Shown one piece after another: positions 52,701 to 64,000 of a DNA stretch of 64,000 nucleotides. How positions within the stretch are numbered: position 1 is the first letter of the stretch; each line of letters begins with the position of its first letter. The position numbers were made by a program, and so were the translations under genes. The notes below the pieces were generated by a model. The model was not told where the DNA came from. It saw only the letters and a program-made list of their open reading frames with translations, and did no database searches. The stretch lies in assembly GCF_009914755.1 (NCBI RefSeq), contig NC_060948.1; one strand, 5' to 3'. Source of the stretch: the human T2T-CHM13v2.0 reference genome, Homo sapiens.

Positions 52701-55700
52701 TCGAATGGAATGGAAACGAAAGGAATGTCATCGAATGGAATTGAATCGATTGGAATGAAATCGCATAGAATGGAGTGGAATCAAATGGAATTGAATCGAA
52801 AGGAAAGGAAGCGAATGGACTGAAATGAAATGGAATGGAATTGAATGGAAAGTAATGCAATGGAATAGAATGGAACGAAATTTCACGGAATGGAATCAAA
52901 CTGAATGGAATCAAATCAATGGAATCAAATCAAATGGAATGGAAAGGAATTGAATGGAGTAGATTGGATTGGATGGGATTGGAATGAAATGTACTGGAAA
53001 GGACTCGAATTTCATGAAACGGAATGGAATGAATTGGAACGGAATGGACTCGAATGGAATGGAATGTCATGGAATGGCATCAAATGGAATGGCATCAAAT
53101 GGAATGGAATCGAATGCAATGGAATGCTATGGAATGGAATGGAATGCATTGGAATGGAATGTCCTCTAATGGAATGGATTCGAGTGGAATGGAATCGAAT
53201 ATAATGGAGTCGAATGAAAAGGAATTGAAAGGAATGGGATCGAATACAACGGAATATACTGGAATGTAATGTAATGAACTCGAATGTAATTGACTGGAAT
53301 GGAATGTACATGAATGGAATGTAATCGAATGGAAAGTAATCCAATGGAATAGAATCTAATGCAATAAAATCGACTCAGATAGAGTAGAATGTAATGGAAT
53401 GGAGTGCAGTGCAATGGAATGGAATGGAATGGAATGCAATGGAATGGAATGGAATGGAATGGAATGGAATGGAATGGAATGGGATGGAATGGTATGGAAT
53501 GGATAGTAATGGACTGGAATGAAATGGACTGGAAAAGAATGGACTCAAATTGAAAGGGCTCGAAAGGAATGGAGTCAAATGGAATGGTCTGGAATGGAAT
53601 GAACACGAATGTAATGCAATCCAATAGAATGGAATCGAATGGCATGGAATATAAAGAAATGGAATCGAAGAGAATGGAAACAAATGGAATGGAATTGAAT
53701 GGAATGGAATTGAATGGAATGGGAACGAATGGAGTGAAATTGTATGCAGTAGAAGAGAATAGAATGGAATGCAAGCGAAAGGAAAGGAATGGATTGCAAT
53801 GGAATGGAATTCATTGAAATGGAAGGAAATGTAGTGTAATGGACAGGCCTGGAATAAAGTGGAATGCTACGGTCTCGAATGGAATAAAAATGTATGGAAT
53901 GGAATACAATGAAACGGAATCGAATGTCATAGAATGTAATGGAATGCAAAAAAATGGAATCCAAAATCATTGACTGGAAAGGCTGGGTGTCGAAAGGAAT
54001 TGACTCCAATGGAATGGAATCGAATGGAATGGAAGTGAATAGAATCGAACTAAATCGAATGGAATGGAATTGATAGGAACGGAATGGAAAGGAATGCAAT
54101 GATTTGGCATGGAATGGAATCGAATGGCATCGAATGGAATGGAATGGAATGCAATGGAATGGAATGTATTAGAATGTAATGAACATTAATGGAATGTACT
54201 CGAATGGATTCGACTGGAATGGAATGTTCTGGAAGTGAATGGACTCCAATGGAATGGATTCGAAAGGAATGGAATCGAACGGAATGGAATCTAATGGAAT
54301 GGAATTAAATGGAAATGAATCAAATTGAATAGCACGGAATTGAATTGAATGGAATCGAATGCAATGGAATCTAATGAAACGGAAAGGAAAGGAATGGAAT
54401 GGAATGGAATGGGCTGGAATGGAAAGGAATCGAAACGAATGGAATGGAATCGAACTGAAGAGACTGGAATGGAATGCACTGGAATGGAAGGGATTGTAAT
54501 GGAAGGTTCTCGAAAATAATGGAAGCAAATGTAATGGAATTGAATGGAACGGAATAGAGTCGAATGGAATTGAATGGAATGGAATGGACTAGAGTGAAAT
54601 GGAATCGAACCACAAGGAATGGACAGGAATAGAATGGTCTCGAATTGAATGGAATCGTATGGAATGGCATCAAACGGAATGGAATGGACAGCCACGGAAT
54701 GGAATGCACTCGAATGCAATGGAGTCGAAACTTATGGAATGGAATAGAATGCACTCGACTGGTACGGACTCCAATGGAATGGAATCGAATGGTAGGGATT
54801 CGAACGGAATGGACTCGAAGGGAAAAGACTGCAATGGAAAGGTCTCGAATGGAATGGAAATTAATGGAATGGAATGGAATCGAATGAAATGGAGTCAAAA
54901 GGAATGGAATCGAATGGCAAGAAATCGAATGTAATGGAATCGCAAGGAATTGATGTGAACGGAACGGAATGGAATGGAATCCAAAGGAATGGAATAGAAT
55001 GGAATGCAATCGAATGGAAAGGACTCGAATGGAAATCACTCGAATAGAATGCAATTTAATAAAATAGGATCAAATGTAATGGAATGGAATGGAAAGGAAT
55101 TGAAACGAAAGGAATGGAGACAGATGGAATGGAATGGGACAGAGAGCAATGGTATAGAATGGAATGGAATCATCTGGAATGGAATTGAATGGAATGGAAT
55201 AATATGAAATGGAATGGAATGGAATGGAATGGAATGGAATGCCCTTGAATTAAATGGACTGGACTCGAACAGAGTGGAATGGAAAGTGTTGAGATAGAAT
55301 GGAATGGACTCGTTTGGAATGGTCTAGTATGCAATTCAATCGACTGGCAGGGAATCAAAAGGAATGTAATGGAATGGATTGGACTGGAATGCAATGGACT
55401 CGAATAGATTGGAAACGGAATGCAAAGGAATGGAATGGAATAGTATGGAATGGAATGGAAAGGAATGGAGTGGAATAGACTAGAGTGGAATGGAATGGAC
55501 TGGAAAGCAATGGACTGGAATGGAACTTTCTTGAATGGACTGGAATCAAACGGAATGGAATGCAATGAAATCAAATGGCATGGAATAAAATAGAATGAAA
55601 GAGAATCAAATGGAATTGAATCGAATGGAATCGAATGGATTGGAAAGGAATAGAATGGAATGGAATGGAATTGACTCAAATGGAATGGACTAGAATGGAA

Positions 55701-58700
55701 TGGATTCGAATGGAAGGCAAAGGAATGGAATCTATTGGAATGGACTGTAATGGAATGGAATGGAAGGGATTGGAATGGACTCGAATGGAATGGACTGCAA
55801 TAGAAAGGATTCGAATGGAATGAAAAAGAATTGAATGGAATAGAACAGAATGGAATCAAATCGAATGAAATGGAATGGAATAGAAAGGAATGGAATGAAA
55901 TGGAATGGAAAGGATTCGAATGGAATGCAATCGAATGGAATGGAATCGAACGGAATGGAATAAAATGGAAGAAAACTGGCAAGAAATGGAATCGAAATGA
56001 ATGGAGTGTTATGGAACGGACTCAAAAGGAATTGAATGTAATAGAATGGAGTGGAGTGGACTCGAATATAATGGACTGGAATGGAATGAAATCACATGGA
56101 ATGGGAACGAATGGAATGGAATGGAAAGGAATGGAATCGAATGGAAAGGAATCGAATGGAAGGGAATGAAATTGAATCAACAGGAATGGAAGGGAATAGA
56201 ATAGACGGTAATGGAATGGACTCGAATAGAATGGACACGAATGCTCAAATTGAATGGACTCGTATGGAATGGAAACGAAAGGAATGTCATCGAATGGAAT
56301 TGAATCGATTGGAATGAAATCGCATAGAATGGAGTGGAATCAAATGGAATTGAATCGAAAGGAAAGGAAGCGAATGGACTGAAATGAAATGGAATGGAAT
56401 TGAATGGAAAGTAATGCAATGGAATAGAATGGAACGAAATTTCACGGAATGGAATCAAACTGAATGGAATCAAATCAATGGAATCAAATCAAATGGAATG
56501 GAAAGGAATTGAATGGAGTAGATTGGATTGGATGGGATTTGAATGAAATGTACTGGAAAGGACTCGAATTTCATGAAACGGAATGGAATGAATTGGAACG
56601 GAATGGACTCGAATGGAATGGAATGTCATGGAATGGCATCAAATGGAATGGCATCAAATGGAATGGAATCGAATGCAATGGAATGCTATGGAATGGAATG
56701 GAATGCATTGGAATGGAATGTCCTCTAATGGAATGGATTCGAGTGGAATGGAATCGAATATAATGGAGTCGAATGAAATGGAATTGAAAGGAATGGGATC
56801 GAATACAATGGAATATACTGGAATGTAATGTAATGAACTCGAATGTAATTGACTGGAATGGAATGTACATGAATGGAATGTAATCGAATGGAAAGTAATC
56901 CAATGGAATAGAATCTAATGCAATAAAATCGACTCAGATAGAGTAGAATGTAATGGAATGGAGTGCAGTGCAATGGAATGGAATGGAATGGAATGCAATG
57001 GAATGGAATGGAATGGAATGGAATGGAATGGGATGGAATGGTATGGAATGGACAGTAATGGACTGGAGTGAAATGGACTGGAAAGGAATGGACTCAAATT
57101 GAAAGGGCTCGATAGGAATAGAGACAAATGGAATGGTCTGGAATGGAATGAACACGAATGTAATGCAATCCAATAGAATGGAGTCGAATGGCATGGAATA
57201 TAAAGAAATGGAATCGAAGAGAATGGAAACAAATGGAATGGAATTGAATGGAATGGAATTGAATGGAATGGGAACGAATGGAGTGAAATTGTATGCAGTA
57301 GAAGAGAATAGAATGGAATGCAAGCGAAAGGAAAGGAATGGATTGGAATGGAATGGAATTCATTGGAATGGAAGGGAATGTAGTGTAATGGACAGGCCTG
57401 GAATAAAGTGGAATGCTACGGTCTCGAATGGAATAAAAATGTATGGAATGGAATGCAATGAAACGGAATCGAATGTCATAGAATGTAATGGAATGCAAAA
57501 AAATGGAATCCAAAATCATTGACTGGAAAGGCTGGGTGTCGAAAGGAATTGACTCCAATGGAATGGAATCGAATGGAATGGAAGTGAATAGAATCGAACT
57601 AAATCGAATGGAATGGAATTGATAGGAACGGAATGGAAAGGAATGCAATGATTTGGCATGGAATGGAATCGAATGGCATCGAATGGAATGGAATGGAATG
57701 CAATGGAATGGAATGTATTAGAATGTAATGAACTTTAATGGAATGTACTCGAATGGATTCGACTGGAATGGAATGTTCTGGAAGTGAATGGACTCCAATG
57801 GAATGGATTCAAAAGGAATGGAATCGTACGGAATGGAATCTAATGGAATGGAATTAAATGGAAATGAATCAAATTGAATAGCACGGAATTGAATTGAATG
57901 GAATGGAATGCAATGGAATCTAATGAAACGGAAAGGAAAGGAATGGAATGGAATGGAATGGGCTGGAATGGAAAGGAATCGAAACGAATGGAATGGAATC
58001 GAACTGAAGAGACTGGAATGGAATGCACTGGAATGGAAGGGAGTGTAATGGAAGGTTCTCAAGAAAAATGGAATCGAATGGAATGGAATTGAATGGAACG
58101 GAATAGAGTCGAATGGAATTGAATGGAATGGAATGGACTAGAGTGAAATGGAATCGAACCACAAGGAATGGACAGGAATAGAATGGTCTCGAATTGAATG
58201 GGATCGTATGGAATGGCATCAAACGGAATGGAATGGACAGCCACGGAATGGAATGCACTCGAATGCAATGGAGTCGAAACTAATGGACTGGAATAGAATG
58301 GACTCGACTGGTACGGACTCCAATGGAATGGAATCGAATGAAAGGGAATCGAACGGAATGGACTCGAAGGGAAAAGACTGCAATGGAAAGGTCTCGAATG
58401 GAATGGAAATTAATGGAATGGAATGGAATCGAATGAAATGGAGTCAAAAGGAATGGAATCGAATGGCAAGAAATCGAATGTAATGGAATCGCAAGGAATT
58501 GATGTGAACGGAACGGAATGGAATGGAATCCAAAGGAATGGAATAGAATGGAATGGAATCGAATGGAAAGGACTCGAATGGAAATCACTCGAATAGAATG
58601 CAATTTAATAAAATAGGATCAAATGTAATGGAATGGAATGGAAAGGAATCGAAACGAAAGGAATGGAGACAGATGGAATGGAATGGAACAGAGAGCAATG

Positions 58701-60937
58701 GTATAGAATGGAATGGAATCATCTGGAATGGAATTGAATGGAATGGAATAATATGAAATGGAATGGAATGGAATGGAATGGAATGCCCTTGAATTAAATG
58801 GACTGGACTCGAACAGAGTGGAATGGAAAGTGTTGAGATAGAATGGAATGGACTCCTTTGGAATGGTGTAGTATGCAATGCAATCGACTGGTATGGAATC
58901 AAAAGGAATGTAATGGAATGGATTGGACTGGAATGCAATGGACTCGAATAGATTGGAAACGGAATGCAACGGAATGGAATGGAATAGTATGGAATTTAAT
59001 GGAAAGGAATGGAGTGGAATAGACTAGAGTGGAATGGAATGGACTGGAAAGCAATGGACTGGAATGGAACTTTCTTGAATGGACTGGAATCAAACGGAAT
59101 GGAATGCAATGCAATCAAATGGCATGGAATAAAATAGAATGAAAGAGAATCAAATGGAATTGAATCGAATGGAATCGAATGGATTGGAAAGGAATAGAAT
59201 GGAATGGAATGGAATGGACTCAAATGGAATGGACTAGAATGGAATGGATTCGAATGGAAGGCAAAGGAATGGAATCTATTGGAATGGACTGTAATGGAAT
59301 GGAATGGAAGGGATTGGAATGGACTCGAATGGAATGGACTGCAATAGAAAGGATTCGAATGGAATGAAAAAGAATTGAATGGAATAGAACAGAATGGAAT
59401 CAAATCGAATGAAATGGAATGGAATAGAAAGGAATGGAATGAAATGGAATGGAAAGGATTCGAATGGAATGCAATCGAATGGAATGGAGTCGAACGGAAT
59501 GGAATAAAATGGAAGAAAACTGGCAAGAAATGGAATCGAAATGAATGGAGTGTTATGGAACGGACTCAAAAGGAATTGAATGTAATAGAATGGAGTGGAG
59601 TGGACTCGAATATAATGGACTGGAATGGAATGAAATCACATGGAATGGGAACGAATGGAATGGAATGGAAAGGAATGGAATCGAATGGAAAGGAATCGAA
59701 TGGAAGGGAATGAAATTGAATCAACAGGAATGGAAGGGAATAGAATAGACGGTAATGGAATGGACTCGAATAGAATGGACACGAATGCTCAAATTGAATG
59801 GACTCGAATGGAATGGAAACGAAAGGAATGTCATCGAATGGAATTGAATCGATTGGAATGAAATCGCATAGAATGGAGTGGAATCAAATGGAATTGAATC
59901 GAAAGGAAAGGAAGCGAATGGACTGAAATGAAATGGAATGGAATTGAATGGAAAGTAATGCAATGGAATAGAATGGAACGAAATTTCACGGAATGGAATC
60001 AAACTGAATGGAATCAAATCAATGGAATCAAATCAAATGGAATGGAAAGGAATTGAATGGAGTAGATTGGATTGGATGGGATTGGAATGAAATGTACTGG
60101 AAAGGACTCGAATTTCATGAAACGGAATGGAATGAATTGGAACGGAATGGACTCGAATGGAATGGAATGTCATGGAATGGCATCAAATGGAATGGCATCA
60201 AATGGAATGGAATCGAATGCAATGGAATGCTATGGAATGGAATGGAATGCATTGGAATGGAATGTCCTCTAATGGAATGGATTCGAGTGGAATGGAATCG
60301 AATATAATGGAGTCGAATGAAATGGAATTGAAAGGAATGGGATCGAATACAATGGAATATACTGGAATGTAATGTAATGAACTCGAATGTAATTGACTGG
60401 AATGGAATGTACATGAATGGAATGTAATCGAATGGAAAGTAATCCAATGGAATAGAATCTAATGCAATAAAATCGACTCAGATAGAGTAGAATGTAATGG
60501 AATGGAGTGCAGTGCAATGGAATGGAATGGAATGGAATGCAATGGAATGGAATGGAATGGAATGGAATGGAATGGGATGGAATGGTATGGAATGGATAGT
60601 AATGGACTGGAGTGAAATGGACTGGAAAGGAATGGACTCAAATTCAAAGGGCTCGAAAGGAATGGAGTCAAATGGAATGGTCTGGAATGGAATGAACACG
60701 AATGTAATGCAATCCAATAGAATGGAATCGAATGGCATGGAATATAAAGAAATGGAATCGAAGAGAATGGAAACAAATGGAATGGAATTGAATGGAATGG
60801 AATTGAATGGAATGGGAACGAATGGAGTGAAATTGTATGCAGTAGAAGGGAATAGAATGGAATGCAAGCGAAAGGAAAGGAATGGATTGGAATGGAATGG
60901 AATTCATTGGAATGGAAGGGAATGTAGTGTAATGGAC
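46712..60937 (+). repeat. Four full-length monomers (3,569; 3,564; 3,549; 3,544 bp)
   Basis: AGGCCT at 46712, 50281, 53845, 57394, 60938. Confidence 0.9.
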
Positions 60938-63900
60938 AGGCCTGGAATAAAGTGGAATGCTACGGTCTCGAATGGAATAAAAATGTATGGAATGGAATGC
61001 AATGAAACGGAATCGAATGTCATAGAATGTAATGGAATGCAAAAAAATGGAATCCAAAATCATTGACTGGAAAGGCTGGGTGTCGAAAGGAATTGACTCC
61101 AATGGAATGGAATCGAATGGAATGGAAGTGAATAGAATCGAACTAAATCGAATGGAATGGAATTGATAGGAACGGAATGGAAAGGAATGCAATGATTTGG
61201 CATGGAATGGAATCGAATGGCATCGAATGGAATGGAATGGAATGCAATGGAATGGAATGTATTAGAATGTAATGAACTTTAATGGAATGTACTCGAATGG
61301 ATTCGACTGGAATGGAATGTTCTGGAAGTGAATGGACTCCAATGGAATGGATTCAAAAGGAATGGAATCGTACGGAATGGAATCTAATGGAATGGAATTA
61401 AATGGAAATGAATCAAATTGAATAGCACGGAATTGAATTGAATGGAATGGAATGCAATGGAATCTAATGAAACGGAAAGGAAAGGAATGGAATGGAATGG
61501 AATGGGCTGGAATGGAAAGGAATCGAAACGAATGGAATGGAATCGAACTGAAGAGACTGGAATGGAATGCACTGGAATGGAAGGGAGTGTAATGGAAGGT
61601 TCTCGAAAAAAATGGAATCGAATGGAATGGAATTGAATGGAACGGAATAGAGTCGAATGGAATTGAATGGAATGGAATGGACTAGAGTGAAATGGAATCG
61701 AACCACAAGGAATGGACAGGAATAGAATGGTCTCGAATTGAATGGGATCGTATGGAATGGCATCAAACGGAATGGAATGGACAGCCACGGAATGGAATGC
61801 ACTCGAATGCAATGGAGTCGAAACTAATGGACTGGAATAGAATGGACTCTACTGGTACGGACTCCAATGGAATGGAATCGAATGGAAGGGAATCGAACGG
61901 AATGGACTCGAAGGGAAAAGACTGCAATGGAAAGGTCTCGAATGGAATGGAAATTAATGGAATGGAATGGAATCGAATGAAATGGAGTCAAAAGGAATGG
62001 AATCGAATGGCAAGAAATCGAATGTAATGGAATCGCAAGGAATTGATGTGAACGGAACGGAATGGAATGGAATCCAAAGGAATGGAATAGAATGGAATGG
62101 AATCGAATGGAAAGGACTCGAATGGAAATCACTCGAATAGAATGCAATTTAATAAAATAGGATCAAATGTAATGGAATGGAATGGAAAGGAATCGAAACG
62201 AAAGGAATGGAGACAGATGGAATGGAATGGAACAGAGAGCAATGGTATAGAATGGAATGGAATCATCTGGAAAGGAATTGAATGGAATGGAATAATATGA
62301 AATGGAATGGAATGGAATGGAATGGAATGCCCTTGAATTAAATGGACTCGAATGGAATGGACTCGAACAGAGTGGAATGGAAAGTGTTGAGATAGAATGG
62401 AATGGACTCCTTTGGAATGGTGTAGTATGCAATGCAATCGACTGGCAGGGAATCAAAAGGAATGTAATGGAATGGATTGGACTGGAATGCAATGGACTCT
62501 AATAGATTGCAAACGGAATGCAAAGGAATGGAATGGAATAGTATGGAATGGAATGGAAAGGAATGGAGTGGAATAGACTAGAGTGGAATGGAATGGACTG
62601 GAAAGAAATGGACTGGAATGGAACTTTCTTGAATGGACTGGAATCAAACGGAATGGAATGTAATGCAATCAAATGGCATGGAATAAAATAGAATGAAAGA
62701 GAATCAAATGGAATTGAATCGAATGGAATCGAATGGATTGGAAAGGAATAGAATGGAATGGAATGGAATGGACTCAAATGGAATGGACTAGAATGGAATG
62801 GATTCGAATGGAAGGCAAAGGAATGGAATCTATGGGAATGGACTGTAATGGAATGGAATGGAAGGGATTGGAATGGACTCGAATGGAATGGACTGCAATA
62901 GAAAGGATTCGAATGGAATGAAAAAGAATTGAATGGAATAGAACAGAATGGAATCAAATCGAATGAAATGGAATGGAATAGAAAGGAATGGAATGAAATG
63001 GAATGGAAAGGATTCGAATGGAATGCAATCGAATGGAATGGAGTCGAACGGAATGGAATAAAATGGAAGAAAACTGGCAAGAAATGGAATCGAAATGAAT
63101 GGAGTGTTATGGAACGGACTCAAAAGGAATTGAATGTAATAGAATGGAGTGGAGTGGACTCGAATATAATGGACTGGAATGGAATGAAATCACATGGAAT
63201 GGGAACGAATGGAATGGAATGGAAAGGAATGGAATCGAATGGAAAGGAATCGAATGGAAGGGAATGAAATTGAATCAACAGGAATGGAAGGGAATAGAAT
63301 AGACGGTAATGGAATGGACTCGAATAGAATGGACACGAATGCTCAAATTGAATGGACTCGAATGGAATGGAAACGAAAGGAATGTCATCGAATGGAATTG
63401 AATCGATTGGAATGAAATCGCATAGAATGGAGTGGAATCAAATGGAATTGAATCGAAAGGAAAGGAAGCGAATGGACTGAAATGAAATGGAATGGAATTG
63501 AATGGAAAGTAATGCAATGGAATAGAATGGAACGAAATTTCACGGAATGGAATCAAACTGAATGGAATCAAATCAATGGAATCTAATCAAATGGAATGGA
63601 AAGGAATTGAATGGAGTAGATTGGATTGGATGGGATTGGAATGAAATGTACTGGAAAGGACTCGAATTTCATGAAACGGAATGGAATGAATTGGAATGGA
63701 ATGGACTAGAATGGAATGGAATGTCATGGAATGGCATCAAATGGAATGGCATCAAATGGAATGGAATCGACTGCAATGGAATGCTATGGAATGGAATGGA
63801 ATGCATTGGAATGGAATGTCCTCTAATGGAATGGATTCGAGTGGAATGGAATCGAATATAATGGAGTCGAATGAAATGGAATTGAAAGGAATGGGATCGA

Positions 63901-64000
63901 ATACAATGGAATATACTGGAATGTAATGTAATGAACTCGAATGTAATTGACTGGAATGGAATGTACATGAATGGAATGTAATCGAATGGAAAGTAATCCA
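60938..64000 (+). repeat. Partial monomer cut by the window end
   Basis: Starts at AGGCCT 60938 with landmarks in the normal order up to the window end. Confidence 0.9.

Larger units (their letters stand above)
1..64000 (+). repeat. DYZ1: Human Satellite 3 (GGAAT)n array, DYZ1-type ~3.56 kb unit (Yq12 heterochromatin); array runs off both ends
   Basis: Continuous GGAAT pentamers with variants CGAAT, TGAAT, GCAAT, GGACT, CAAAT. Unique landmarks (gccctt, aggcct, gaaaactggcaag, cagccacgg) recur every ~3.55 kb. One HaeIII and one conserved EcoRI site per unit and a 3,564-bp unit match the classical DYZ1 description. HSat3 is directly visible; the Y assignment rests on unit size and sites, with no alignment run. 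Confidence 0.93.

Noticed and set aside
137-63968. Hundreds of ORFs (MEWNG- and FHSIP-rich), up to 379 aa at 40836-41975
   Set aside because: They are the translation of GGAAT/ATTCC pentamers, which lack stops in the pure state. They overlap in all frames, have no recognisable domain, and are frameshifted differently in each unit.
1-64000. CRISPR-like or other repeat-spacer system
   Set aside because: There are no unique spacers: every non-GGAAT island recurs in the same order each monomer, and there are no associated genes.
1-64000. DYZ2 (AT-rich, Alu-containing) block, L1/Alu insertion or inversion junction
   Set aside because: None seen: no ATTCC-oriented segment on the + strand and no non-pentamer stretch longer than a few tens of bases.
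1-64000. HSat2 or another chromosome's HSat3 subfamily as the identity
   Set aside because: The CATTCGATTC/GATGATTCC-dominated HSat2 pattern is absent, and the ~3.56 kb single-HaeIII unit fits DYZ1 best. An alignment to the DYZ1 consensus would be decisive.

Overview
The whole 64 kb window is one uninterrupted, single-orientation tandem satellite array of diverged GGAAT/ATTCC pentamers, arranged in a ~3.52-3.59 kb unit with one HaeIII/StuI (AGGCCT) site and one conserved EcoRI site per full unit. This fits human Satellite 3 of the DYZ1 type (Yq12 heterochromatin). About 19 units are present, two of them adjacent 2,619-bp deletion variants. I see no credible gene, RNA gene, mobile element, CRISPR array or DYZ2/Alu block; the ORF track is an artefact of translating pentamers. 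I found no new gene-based system. The informative structure is within the array: a 970-bp deletion explained by a 22-bp microhomology in the neighbouring unit and then tandemly duplicated, three perfect heat-shock elements per unit with a locally depleted zone, a homogeneous 9-unit haplotype block, and mosaic sharing of variants between non-adjacent units. Units are numbered 1-19 by the landmark ORF 'MNGIEQNG' (764, 4317, 7870, 11429, 14048, 16667, 20256, 23824, 27398, 30976, ~34555, 38099, 41626, ~45159, 48698, 52272, 55831, 59375, 62929). All comparisons were made by eye.
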